In this document: positions 23,554-36,600 of the stretch, one piece after another | Numbering within the stretch: the stretch's first letter is position 1 | Layout of the letters: each line of letters opens with the position of its first letter | Assembly: GCA_965178125.1 (NCBI GenBank) | Contig: OZ237747.1 | Span: forward strand, 124,001 to 188,000 | Origin: Bilabrum cf. latius | Lineage: Eukaryota | Reading direction: 5' to 3' | Length of the DNA: 64,000 nt | The notes under the pieces: generated by a model | Told to the model about the DNA's origin: nothing | Database searches by the model: none | The model's input: the letters and a program-made list of their open reading frames with translations, nothing else | Translations under genes and position numbers: made by a program

Positions 23554-25728
23554 CACCTGCGGCTGCTGCACCAGCAGCGACACGATGCTCCCGCCACCCC
23601 TCGCGTGGCTGGCGCTCTTGGGCAGCGCTGCCACTGTCTGGTCCTCCGTCCCCTCCCTGGTCACGTTCAGCAGCCACCTGTACCCGCCAGTCTGCACGAA
23701 GGAAGCCGTCAGCACGGAGCTCTCGTCCATCTGGTACACGGGCGTGCTGGCGTTGGTCCTGTCAACCGGGTAGTACAAAGAGCCCAGCACCTGCACGCGG
23801 GCCCCGTTGATCCCCCGCAGCACCGTGATGGGGCCCTCCGTCTTGTGCCCCAAGATCCACGCGCTGCACCCGTCGCAACTCAGGTCCCCAGGGACCTCGT
23901 GGTGGTTCTCCGTGTCGAACTGCCGCGCCCACAGCCGCTGTCCCGCGCGCATTCGCACCCCCGCGGTCGCCACGTTCTCCAGCATCACGTCGCCGGGCAT
24001 GGTCCCGCGGTCCAGGAGCGGCGCGTCGTCCCAGCTGCCCCCTCCGTGCTTGACCACCATGACCCGGCTCGAGTTAAGGACGAGCCCAGAGTGGTTCGCT
24101 GGATCGACCTGGTTGTTGTAGATGAGCATGGAGTGCAGCAGCAAGGGAGGAGGCACCGCGCACGGCTCCATACGCTCGCTTGCCAGGTGGCTCGAAGCCA
24201 AAAAGGATGAGTGCTGGGCTGGCACTGGCACTGGCACTGGCACAACGCGGTTCGGCGCCTCGTGCGCCTAGTGCAAGGCAGACCCCCGCAGGCCAGCAGC
24301 GGCGCACCTCGGGTCCTCCTCCCTGGCCCCGGGCTCGACGAGGACGAACGGCTTGCACGTCCCTCGGAAGGTGCCCTCGACGAACAGAGGGGCGTCGTTG
24401 AAGATCGCCACTCGCACGGATGCCGGGATCCGGATGGTGTCGTTGAAGGGGCGCCAGTCGTACGAGGAGTTGAAGCTCCCGTTGGGCGGGGCCACCCACA
24501 CGAACGGCTTCCCCTCTCGCATGGCTGCCTGCACCGTGCCCTTGCCCGGCCCGGCGATGGCCCAGTCGGCCAGGTCTGCCCCGGGCAGGGTGGGGTACGG
24601 CGTCTCTGGTGTCTCCACCACGGGCAGGTCCGGTGGCAGCGGACCTTCGAGAACGGTTGCGTTGAGCACGCCTAGCGAGGAGTAGGTCTCGATGGTGCCG
24701 GGCACTGGGATGAGGCCGGGGCTGCTGGAGACCGCGGAAGCATACCCAGTGACCCGCACCTGGCTTGCGAACAGCGCGGCAGGAGACTCCGGCGGTCCCA
24801 CCTGGGCTGCGACTGAGGACTGCGGGGAGGAGCTGAAGGGAGGGCGGGTCCAGTCGCCGGTGGTTTCCATGGAGCAGTTGCTCAGGACCGCGCTCCCGAT
24901 CGAGCTGCGGAGGAGCAGCCCAGGCGCCGAGGCGTTAGCAGTGATCGTCCGCATGCCACGCACGTGTACAGGATTGCCACCCGTGACCAGCCCTGCCTGT
25001 GTGAACCCTAGCAGCTGCAGGTGCTCGAAAGTGACAGAATACTGCAGCTCCCCGATGCACACGGACTGCTGGAAGCCGCGCACAGTCACGCGCCGCACCA
25101 GCAGAGGGCCAGGCCACGCGGTCTGCATCGACAGGCCGCACTGGCAGGCAGTCCCCGCAGATCTATTGCCTACGCTGCTCTCGTCCACGATCGACACGTT
25201 GAATACGCCGGCTATGTTGGACCCAATGAACTCGAGCCCGCGGGCACCGGGGTTGCCGGGACCCACGGAGATCGTCAGCGCGCGGAGGTAGGTCTAAAAG
25301 GCCACGTTGTCGCCCCCCTGCAAGTGTGACGTGCTGGAATGGGGCACTTGAATCACCGCCTGTGGATCTGACGCGTTCTAGAACGCAGGCGAGCGCGGTG
25401 CCAGGCGGATGGTGGCGCCGGCCTCCGACTCCCCTAGCATCTCGAAATAGGAAGCCGAGCTCCAGACAAGTGGCTCCGAGATCAGGTACGTGCCAGCAGG
25501 GAAAAAAATGTGACGACGTGCAAACTAGTGCCCGGCCAGGGCCACGGCAGCCTGCAGCGCTTCGGTATCGTCCGAGATGCCATCTCCTTTCGCGTTGAAC
25601 GGCGGATTCTTGACGTTCACCATGCCCAGTTCAGGTGGTATCGGGTCCCCGAGCCGCCTTGGTTCTGCGTGGGCAATGCCACTTAATACCACTGCTGCAA
25701 CAACGGTGCGCACATATTTTCTTGTCAT
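23551..25728 (-). CDS. Secreted beta-helix glycoside hydrolase (Pectate_lyase_3/GH55-like), intronless, ~725 aa
   Basis: Signal peptide MTRKYVRTVVAAVVLSGIAHA; VNVKNPPFNAKGDGISDDTEALQAA, IFFPAGTYLIS, IRLAPRSPAF[TAG]N, LTISVGPGNPGA, WPGPLLV, QRLWARQFDTE, WILGHKTE. TAG at 25525, 25378, 25294, 24268; stop TGA. Confidence 0.85.
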
Positions 25729-25812
25729 TGCGAATGTGCCACTCGCTCCCGATGGATCTGGATGATGAAGATCGCCCGGAGCGGTCGCAAACACGCAGCA
25801 CAATCCAAAATC

Positions 25813-26865
25813 ATGATGCGATTCTTCGGGAGACGTGCGCAGTCAGGGACTAGTATCCGTAGCTTTGCATCCTAGGCAAGTCGTGCCAGCGGTGCTGCAT
25901 CAATCAATCGAGAACGCCTCAAAGACAGAGTTGCAGTTGTATCCGGCGCCTCGACAGGGATCGGAGAAGCCATCGCAAGACGCTTTGCCCTCGAAGGAGC
26001 TGTAGTTGGTCTATTTGATGTTGACACAGACCGTGGAATAGAAGCGGCGAACCGGATCAATGGCTTGGCGGCGCTGTAGGGGGGGGCAGAGTGCGCGAGG
26101 TTCTGGCACGTTGATGTGTCGGACGCGGCAGCCGTACGTGCCGCTGTGAATAGCTGTGCATCTTGGGGCTCAGAATTGAAGCCGGTCGATGGGTACACGC
26201 TGCCGCGAATCGACACCTTAGTCAACAACGCCGCTGTATTTCGCTTCGCAGCCCCAGACACTGTCAGCGAGGAAGATTGGAACGTTTCTTTGGGCGTCAA
26301 CATCAAGGGATACTCAAACTGTTTGTAGGCTGTCCTGCCATTCATGCTGGAAGCGCCCGGCGCCAGAGAAGCAGCGGGCCTTGGAGAACCCGGAGGCCCA
26401 ATCCGAGCAACTGCCGGCGGCTCGGCGAAGGTCGAGGAGGGCGACTCCCCGAGAGAGGAGGACGAGGACCCCCGGTGGGTGCGGTACGGGGGCAGCGGCC
26501 CCTCCGTGGTGAACCTGTCCTCCATCAGCGCGGTCGTGGCGCAGGAGGGCTTCATCCCGTACTCGACCACCAAGGGGGCCATCCTGGCCTTCTCGAGGTG
26601 TGCCGCCCTGGATCTGGGCCGGCACAACATACGGAGCAACGCGCTCTGCCCTGGGCCCATCCACACGGAGGCCACCGATCGGCATGCGGATGCGCACGGG
26701 GTCTCTCTGGAGGAGATCGTGGCCGAGATGGAGCAGAGCCTGGTGCTAAAGAGGATGGGGGAGGCGGACGAAGTGGCCTCGTGCGCCGCCTTCTTAGCCA
26801 GTTCCGAGGCCAGCTTTGTGTCGGGGCAGGAACTGTTTGTCGATGGGGGGTACTGCAGGGTGTAA
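25813..26865 (+). CDS. Classical short-chain dehydrogenase/reductase with putative mitochondrial presequence, ~350 aa
   Basis: RLKDRVAVVSGASTGIG, IDTLVNNAA, VVNLSSI, YSTTKGAI, IRSNALCPGPIHT, FVSGQELFVDGGY. In-frame TAG at 25873, 26077, 26326; ends at TAA 26863-26865. Confidence 0.92.
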
Positions 26866-27033
26866 TATGTTCGGAATCACCCTAGCTTCTGGGTGCATCC
26901 CTGATTACGGCGCACGTTTCTGTCTCTCATGAACCTGCAGTGCGGCGCTTTCATCAGTTGCCATCGTCAGCTCGCGCACAATTTTTTCAAAAAGTTTCAG
27001 TGCTGCGGTGCTTCGGTAGAGGATGCTTTGAGC

Positions 27034-30000
27034 ATGGAAATTTTGGATCAACGAAATACTCTATTGCATCAGCTTGCAGCGGCAGTAGCACCCAATGCTG
27101 TCGTTTAGCAGAGAGCGACCGTTTCAAAGCTGTTGAATTCGGTTGATGTCGCTGCGACATCCCATGCAACTGTTGGAGCAGCCAGAGCGTGCGAATAGAT
27201 TGAACAGTAAGTAAATGTGTAAGATGTTCGCATCGGTTGAGCTTCCTATGTCGTCCATGCTTTGCTTTTTCGCTGCCGTGTCTATCCTGCCGCTCAGACT
27301 AGCAGACAAACTCGAGCAGAATGCTATGGATCACCGTGCTGGGCGGCTGCGGGAAGCCAAGCGGCAATGTTTGTTGCGCATCCTCCATTCCCGCTCTGCG
27401 CTGCTGCCCCGGCTGCGACAGCACGAGAAAGAGCAGATTCGTCGTCGTGCTTGTGAGCCCGCCTCACCGCGAAAGAGCGAGGATCGAGTCGCCTTTTTGT
27501 TTGGCACTCTCTTCGGCCTTGCCTCTCGTGTCAGTGCACCTATATCCGGCCCCATCACCCTGGATACGCGTCCTCAGAGCAAGCAGGACGCGGCAAACCG
27601 CCGAGACGCTGCCCTGCGAGAGGCCAGGGGGGGTCTCGAAGATCCCGACGAGGACCCCCAGGCGCGGCTGGACCGCACCCTGTCTCTGGATGACCTCGCT
27701 ACTGGGCTCTTGGACGGGCTAGGGGGCGATCTATCTCTAGATGCAGAGGACTTGGCGCCGCCAGAGCCGCTCCCGAGCAGCGGGCGGGTGACTGCCGCTC
27801 GCGAGCATGGGGGTGAAGGTGGGGGCCTCGGGGGGGCATAGGGCGGGGCCAGCGTGGGGTCTGGACCAAGGGGAACAAGAGAGACCATCGATGATGATGA
27901 CGGGTCGATGGACGAGTGGATGAGGGAGCGGCGAGGCGGGGATGACTCGGACAGTGGCACTGGCAATGACGACCACGATGACGACGATGATGACGACTCG
28001 ATTGCGTCCGGAACATCAAAGCCGAGGGACCAGTCGGGGCGAGCCACTCAAGATAGCAGCAGCGCAGGGGATGGGCAGCATGTAGGAGGGCCACTGCCAT
28101 AGATGGCGGGTACTGGCCTACCGCCTAGGCCTGGGCCTGCAGCTGCAGACGAGCAGCTGCTAGCGGTCTCCGCTGTCCCCGACCATTTCTAGCGTGGTGC
28201 CGCTGGGCGCACTTGTGCTCGCACGGTCACCCCATGGCACCCCGGACTGCATCGTGCCAGCCCGATACTGTCGCCCGTGGCTGCCTGCCGCGTGTCGGTG
28301 CCAGAGAGGAAGGATGGTGTGGAGAGGGTCTTGGTGCGTCCCGTGGGCGGGGTGTAGCCGCTGCGTGTGTCGGCGTGTGCTGCAGCAGACAGCCGACTTG
28401 GAGCGAAAGGATTTGCTGGTCTGCGATGGACGGAAGCAGGTCGTCAGGGGTGTGGCAGGGAGACAGCTATCACTGGGATGAGCATGGCTCGGCTGCGTTG
28501 GAGATGCCAGCAGTTCGATGTACACGCGGCTGCACCCATGGGCATTGGCTAGCTTCTGTTGCACGAGCTGGATCGCGACGAGAGTCTGCACCTTATTTTT
28601 CACGGGCTGCCCTCAAGGCATGCACGAACTGACAGACTGCCTCTGGACCCAAGGAACCGATGCAGCGCCATTCGGGTGCGAGCTGCCGTAGCCTGCGGTA
28701 TGTAGCGATGGGATGTCGGCTCAACATCTGAAGACATGCGCTCTGCCGGCCCTGTTCTGCTTGTGCCTGCGATCTCCACGATGCGTTCTGTTGAAACAGG
28801 TTCGGCATGGGAAAAATCTTCGGCCCGCGAGCTGCGGCGGGCATGCGTAGGGAGCAGCGCGCTTAGCGTGCTCAGGTGGCTGCTGGCGGTGGTGCTGCAG
28901 CCGGCCCCCATGTCACAGGCCAGCAGCAGCTCCAGAGGGCTCGCCGCGGCGGGGGGGCAGGAAGACGAAGGGCTGGGTCTATCGTGGAGCCTTGGTGGGA
29001 CGGCCCGCGCGGCGTGCTCGGCTCTGCAGCAGCACCTTTCGCAGTGGCAGCGCCGCGAGTGCAGGCTGGAAGCAGCGCGGTGGAAGGCTGGACGTGCGCT
29101 GCTCACATCGGGCGCGTCAGTTGTGCGGATTCAAGACTACCGTAGGGCTGCTCGAGCCGCGGCGAAGCACCGGAGCAGCTGCTGTCGTGCAGCCTCAGAT
29201 GTGTTGCGAGCCATGAGGCTGTGCCTCGGCGACCTCATCGATGCGGTGCAGTGGCCTAAGATGGGTGGCGGTACCGCAGCGGGATAGCCCCGGCCCAGTT
29301 TCGAGAGCAGCAGTGTGCGGTTGGAGGCCATGTGGTCCACAACGAGCCCACAGCACCACACGAGTGGAGTGGCAGCCGCCGTCCGGGAGCTGATCGGCGG
29401 GACTGTGCCCCGGCAGGGCTTCGTGGTCGTAGATTGCGACTCTGCTGAGCGTGGATCGGTGCCTTCGCCGAGCAGCAGGGCGGTGGCGTGTCTTGACGCC
29501 CTGCATGCGGCGCTGCAGAGACCACCCAGCGGGGGGAACGTGTCAGGCGCTGCCGTAGCACAAGAAGCAAGAAGGTCAGCATCCGGGGAAAGCCGCCTGC
29601 TTCGACTGACTCCACGAAGCACCGCCGATTCTCTCGGTGTCGACGTTCGAGAGGCGTGCAGCCGACTGGACGCAGCTGCAAGGGGCCACCCAGTCACTGC
29701 GTCCGCGAGCGCCCGTTTGATGCCTGCTTCTGGTGATGCTGATGCTGATGCCTGTGCGTATGCTGATGCTGAGGCTCGCCCAAGTGATGCATTCACCGCA
29801 AGCAACTATAGCACAAATGGCCGTGCTTGGGGAGCTAGTGCGCCCAAGAGCGAACTGGCACCTGCTGCACTGTTTGATGCATTTTGCGCTGGATTGGGCA
29901 GCTTCTCAAAGTCGCTGGACCGTGTTGCTTTCGATGGCATGGTGTCGCAGCAGAGTGTCACGATCAAGCGTGGCGGTGCAACTCGCGGGACATACTCCCC

Positions 30001-33000
30001 CTCCCCTGGCCGGGGATCTGCACTGGCTATGCGTTCAGTGCGCCGGCAGCTCTTGGCCGCAGCCAGGGCCCACCGCTCCCACGAGCGGCTGTGCACCAGG
30101 GAACTAAACGTCGCCAGGCTGCAGCAGACGGGCAGCGCGGCCCCTCAGCGATCAGGCGGCGGCGCAGGCAGTCCATCTCGGGGGAGGTACACCAGAGCCT
30201 ATGCGGTCGCCGGACGCCTTGGCCTGGCGGCTTCATCACACGGGTGGGCTGCGGCATTGGGTGGGCCCGTGCTGCGTGTGCCGGGGCTGCAAGTGCCCCG
30301 CGTGCCGGCTGGGGTGGGTCGCAGCGAGTTAAGCTGCGCGGAGGCCCGTTCCGTGCTGCCCCGCTTCATGCATGGCCAGCTGTCAGTGTTGGCGCGGGCT
30401 GTTGGTCTCGTGTCGCAGCTGCATGCGGCGGCTGGGACGGGCCAGCACCACCAGCAGCAAGCAGCCTGGGGCAGCCCTAGTGGCAGCGCTGCATCTATTG
30501 CCCGCGTCGGTGTGGCCCGGTCTGAGGTGCAGTCCATTGTAGCGCAACTGCGTGGGCATGCCTCACTTCCACACATGGTCATGGCTGCGTCCTGCCAGGT
30601 TATGCAAAGGGGCGCCTTCCAAGCGGGCCGCAGAGGAGGGGGTGCTGGTGGTATGGGCGCGGACCGGGCTTCCCGGTCCGTGTCATCTACCACACAGCTC
30701 GAGGTGGTTCCGAATGCCGTTGCGATGCAGACTCCGCTGCAGGATGGCAGCGACAAGGAGTTGCGGGCAGTCGACGAGGCACTCGGCGAGGCGCCAGACC
30801 AGCTTTCTGCAGCCTCTGCTGATACCATGCGTCCGTTGGACGATGCAGGAAAAGGCGTCATCGAAGACACAATCATGGAGGCGCGTGCTTCTTCGATCGA
30901 AGTGATCAGCTTGGTGAGCGATGGGGAGGGGCAGCCCGGTGGCGACGCTCTGCCTACCCTTACTGAGGTCGATGAAGACCGAAAGCGGCTAGTTGCCGGT
31001 CTGCTGGGTCGTGATTCGGCATCCAATGGCACCGCGATGATCAATGGGGATGATGCCGATGACGTGCCTGACTCCGCCTCCGACTTGGCGCGGCAGAGTT
31101 CGAGCCCAAGGCACGGCGCGGGCACTGACGGGGCCACGGGCCAGTAGTCCGACAGATGGGGCAAGGGTGACGCAACCGCTCGATTCTCCCGGCTGGATCG
31201 CGCCCAGCTTCCACTCGCGGCCATGACGGAGGGACTGAATGGCAGCCGCGCAGCAAGGGGGGGCATGGAGGGTCACAGGCACGGCTTTGAAGGGTGTGGA
31301 CCAGCTTGCCGCGGCCAAGGCCGGGAGGATGGCACGGGCAACGCGGCGAACGCAAGTCAAGATGCAGGCTTGCATGGCCTTACCATGCACGAGGCCTGGT
31401 ATGGGCTGTCGCTGTCTGGGAGCACGGGGGGTGCTGATGCAGTCATGCGAGTCACCGAGCAGGCCCTCTCGTGGCCGCTAGATGCGCAACTCGCCAGAGC
31501 GCAGGCGGCTTTGGCGCGACTGGCCTGTGAGCGGCTGCAGCTGGGTGCGCATTTGAGAGCCATGCGACGCATACTGCTGGGTGTGGACGGCCGGTTCATG
31601 GCGGCATTCGCCAGCGGCATGATTGAGCAGGTGAGGCGGCCAGGCGGTGGTGTCTGGCTTCTGGTTCCCGGGAGGCTGACCCGTCTGCTGCAAGATTCGA
31701 TCGTCGCCGAGCTGCCGAGAGAGCACACGATCTTGCCCGAAAAGCACGGGGTTCTGGAGGAGGCGACGACGGGGCATCGCGTGGCTGCATCGCACGCAGG
31801 GACTTCGGGTGCCGCACCTGGTACCGATGACGGCAACGAGCAGCAGACCGCCGACAGGATGGACAGCCTGATTGGCCAGGTATCGCAGGCAATGCATGCA
31901 GAGCGTGCGTTGGGACAAGCGGCCCACGAAGTGTGGCCGGCCTCCATCATCCCGTCACGGGGCGACGATTTGCCTGCCGATCGGGAGCCGCGACGCATGC
32001 CACTGAATGCGCTAGTGTCGCCAGGGGGAGCTATGTTCCCTGTCAAGGATGCCCTGGCCGCCAGCGGTGCATCAATCGATGATACTGTCGCAGCCAGGAG
32101 ATCTAGAGCCCATCAGGGAGCTCATGCGGCCCTGCTTCAGGCACTAGAGTCGCATTTTAGCCCTTACACCCGGCCGGCAAGCGCTGCTTCCATCGTCGAC
32201 GTCGGGTGCTTCGAGATCAGCCTGTCCGCCCCATAGGCAGGATCCCTAGGCCCTGCGCTCCTGCTTGCCCCCGCCAACGACCTGTCGGCGACTGGCGACG
32301 CCGTTCTGGAGCTTTGCAGGCGCTTGTAGGGCAAGTATGCAACTCCGGCGGGGCTCGAGGCGGTGCTTGGCCCCGAGGTGTCTAGCAGGTACGGCCGGTG
32401 CTTCTAGTACCTCCTTGGTCCCGCAGTCGTGCAGCTTCTCATCAACAGTGGCGCTCCGTGGGTGCGTCAGAGCCGCAACCAGCTGGAGATTAGTTTGCGA
32501 GCGATCCATGGTGCTGCGCTGCGGCAGTGGGCGGCCTACGACCAGCTGGCTCGCGAGTCCGCCATGCAGACGGCTGGCTGGGAAGGGCAGCGGCGGATCC
32601 AGAGCTTGCTGGGGCCAGAGGTTGGGACGGTCAGGGATGCGGGGGAGGCTAGCAGGAAGGTGTCGATGGCAGCGGGGCTCACCCTGGCGCTGGTGGTGGA
32701 GGCTCACGCTTGGTTCCACAGATTTGACGTAGCTGAGCGTGCTGCGAGGGCTGCAGTAAACGCGTTACGCACTGCGCTGTTGGGGGCAGCTGCGACCGGT
32801 GCCGTGCTGTGGAGAGCGTTGGACGAAGAGGTTTCCGCATCGATGTCGCTGGAGCGGATCGACTCGGCGCACATGACTGCGCTGCGGCACACTGAAAGAT
32901 CGCTCATGCTTAGCGACGGCTAGAGTTTAGAGGGCGGTGCAAAGAAGCTGGATAGGCTGCGGGCTCCCATGGGTGACGGGGCGCATGCTGCATCTCACTG

Positions 33001-33475
33001 GCGCATGCAAGGCAGGAAATCGTTTGCGGAGATCCTGCAGCGGGCCGTCGATGCCTGGCGGTGCGCATAGGATGGTAGGACGCGAGTCAAGAGAGCCGCG
33101 GCAGCAGCTGCTGTGTGCTTCCCCAAGCCCTCGCTCAAGAGCATGCGATCGAACGGTCGAACCGGTGGCCAGGATGACCTGGTGGAGACTACTGCGCTGC
33201 ACTCGATGTGGGCCGCAGCGCCCGGGGATCCAACAGAGGGCGGTGGTGAAACCGGTGACTTGGGTACGAATACGCGCCTGCTTGCAGGGGGTGCGGCAAA
33301 GCTAATCGAGCTAGTTGAAGCGGCGGCGCGCGGTTCAGACGCTGCCACCGCAGCGCGGGACAGGCTGCTACGTGAGGCTGATCGGATCAAGGAGCTGTCC
33401 AAGGCTGCCTCCTCAAGCGCGGATCCTGCAGATGCACCTTACGCGCTGTCTCTCTTCATACAAGCCTTGGGCTGA
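27034..33475 (+). CDS. Divergent gamma-tubulin complex component (Spc97/Spc98 family, GCP5/GCP6-like); join(27034..27206,27298..33475), ~2,116 aa
   Basis: Seven ORF fragments in one frame joined by ~15 TAG. GRIP2-like motifs LQLGAHLRAMRRILLGVDGRF, L[TAG]GKYATPAGLEAVL...RYGRCF[TAG]YLL, SLERIDSAHMTAL. Helical N-terminal exon via a 91-nt intron; stop TGA. Confidence 0.68.
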
Positions 33476-33668
33476 AAGTCTTTGTCCGACTGTTATGCCT
33501 TCGCTTTCTCGCTTTTTGTCGCCTAAATCCTTTGTACCAAAAAAAAACTCGTTCGTTTTCCTTAGTCCGCTAGAAATGAATTGGGTCAGACTGGATTGGT
33601 AGACTATAAACTGGGAAGTCAAATGGTATCACGTAACACGAACACACAGCCAATGGGGATCTCTCGAG

Positions 33669-36600
33669 TCAATGCTCCAAATCGCATCCGGGGAACTCTC
33701 GCCGCAGGTTGGCCACCTCAGTCTCATCCATGCGACCCGCACACACAGCCCGCAGCCTGGCGAGGCTCGGGCACCCTTGCATCAGCATGCGCAGACTCAA
33801 TGCAGAGCACTGGGGGACCCACGACACGTCCAGTTGCTGCAGCTTGGTGAGCTGCAACACGCAAGTCTCGATGGCCTTGTTGGACAGGCCGTGCCACCCG
33901 TGGACGGACAGATCTACTAGGCTGTCCTCCGAGCCGCGAATCAGCTTTGCTAGCGACTCATCCTGGTCGTGCTGCGTGATGCCACTAGCAGATGGATTAG
34001 ACACGTGCAATGACTCGAGGTTGCCCACAACCTCGAGCGCCCTACCAAGATCGTCCGCGGTAAGGAGGGGCATCTGTTCCGCGCGGAGCCTCCTGAGAGA
34101 GAGACAACCCTCAACGATGTGCTTGAAAGCGCGCGGCTTAATCTCGCAAGCGGACACATCCAGCTCGATCAGCTGCTCAGCGAAGCGACCGCTCACGATC
34201 TGCCGCAGGCCATGCTCCGGGTGCGCGGCGAACTTGAAGCCACGCAGGCTGATTGACTCGAGCAGCGGGCAGTGCTTGGCGAAATACAGCGGGACCGGTG
34301 GGTCGAGGAGATCACACCCGCTGAGATCCAGCTTCTTGAGAGTCTCCGCCGCTGCCAGCCTCCTCTCAAACAGGTCGTCCAGCAGGGCCTGCCCCCTCAC
34401 CTCGGTGCAGTCTGCCAGTGAGAGCTCCTCAAGAAGCGGCAGTTGCAGCAGCGGGCGCACGTCCTGAAGCTTGAAGGCACCAGCAACGCTCAGCCTACGC
34501 AGCAATCGCTGCGTGCTAGCGAGGTCGGCCGCCACTTTATCATCGACCTCGTGCGAGCACTGCTCCAGCACCAGCTCGGTGAGTCCGCCAGTCTTTGAGG
34601 TGCGAATGGCCGCGATCACGTCGCAGCGCAGCCCCGTTAGCCGCAATTTCTTGATGCTGGTGCATCGCTGCAGTGTGTCTGCCAGCGATTTGGTCTGCAC
34701 CATCTGCGCTGCTCTGCCCCCGACCTGCAGAGTCTCCGCAGAGTCCATCACCCAGAAACTCATCGCATTGCCGGTACTCAGCAGCCCCTGCTCCCGCATC
34801 AGCACTGCTGCCATCTTGTCTGCCACCTGCTGATGCGAGTCGCCCACCCGCACGCGTGTGGACGCGATCTCTTCGCCCTCCGCTGCAGAAGCAAAGTCCA
34901 CTGCCCGGCGAGGAACCACCGCTTCACCGAAGCCATCGCCATCCTCGCCGTCCGCCTCCATCGCACTGGAGGCGGCCGCGCTCGATGAGCCCAGCAAGCC
35001 TTCACCGTCTGCACGACCGCGCACATCCAGAACCGCTCCGACTGAGAACGGCCGGAACCTGGACACCTGTGCTTGCACTCCATCTACAGTATCTGAGCTA
35101 TAGAGCGCCTCCCCCATGCGGGCGATGCGCCTCGAGCACAGATTCTGCAGTGACGGGATGTGTGCCAGCTGCAGCGTTGAGCCTGCAAAGAGCCCATTAG
35201 TCGTGTAGAACTGAGTGGATGCGTCTTCAATGGTGACCAGCGGTTTGCCGGTACTCCCCCCTCCGGTCTACGACCCAGCCTTGGACTTGTCTGGCCGCTT
35301 CCGTTTCATGCCGGCAGTAAGAGGGGCGTCAGAGTCGGGCTCACCGAAAGGGTCGTCATCGCCTGAGGATTCATCACCTGCCAGCCCTTGCTCCTCGGCG
35401 ATCTGCTGCTGCGCCGCCTGGATGGCCTCGTCGCGCGCCTGCACCGCCGCCTCGATGTGCGCCTTGAGCTCCTAGCCTATGTTGTTGACGCACTACGTCG
35501 CCAGACCGTATAGTAGCCCCATCAACTGCATTGGAACAGCAGCCTGTCGGTTGTACTGATACACCGCCTGAAACGTCTGGATGATGATGCCCTCCAGGTG
35601 CTGCGGGCTCTTGGCGATGATCTTGAGGCTGGGATCTGTGCTAGAGAGAGCAGATTTGAGCCCCAACACTGAGTTCTCCAGGTCGTGCTTGATGTCGGAG
35701 AAGAGTGGGTTCCGGGCGGTATCCAGCATCGGGCGAAGCAGCCCGTGCTAAGCTGTCCAAGAGTCCGGATCGCCGGGCACCATCACGCCCTCCGGCATGG
35801 CTCGGGCCTGAGCCAGAGCGGAGTGCCCCGCTGACGCGCCCACGATCGCGGCAGCGGCGGCTCCCGTGCCGTCCCCCTTGTCAGCGCCAGCGCCAGCGGC
35901 ACCCGCCACACCGGCTGCCGGCCCCTCGGCAGCGGGACCATCCTGGCCCAACGCCGCTGCAATGGCGGCCTTGTTGACTTTGGAGACCCCGAGCATCGTG
36001 GTGTCGTCGTCTGCCTTGCGGCTGCGCTTGTCCAGCACAACCCGCATCAGGTCTCCCAGGCCAAGCTTGACCGAGACGGGGGGCGCATCCGAGAAGGCCG
36101 CAGTAGACAGCGCCATCTTGGTAGTCTTGAGAGACTACATGCGCTCTTCCACAGTGTTGAACGCAACGAAGCGCCACACCTGGCACGGCCGCGGCTGCCC
36201 CAGCCGGTGGCACCTGTCGATGGCCTGGTGCTCCAGGGAGGGGCTCCACCACTGGTCCACGAGGAACACGTGATTGGCCTCGGTCAGGTTGAGCCCGAGG
36301 CCGCCCGCCATGAGGCTGATCAGAAACACGCCGAATTCCGGCCTCGTCTAGAACTTGTGGATCTGGTCTTTGCGCACCTCCTCAGACATGCTGCCGTCCA
36401 GCCGGCAGAGCCTGACCCCCATCTTGCGGATGGCCGGCTCGATGATATCCATGAACGACACGAACTGCGTAAAGATGATCACGCGGCTGGACGGATCCTC
36501 TTCCCGCACGCGAGCCAGCTGGGCCAGCACAGCGCGCATCTTGGAGGAGTGGAACGGCACCTCCACTTCACCGCTGGCGCCGTACGTCATCATGGGCCGC

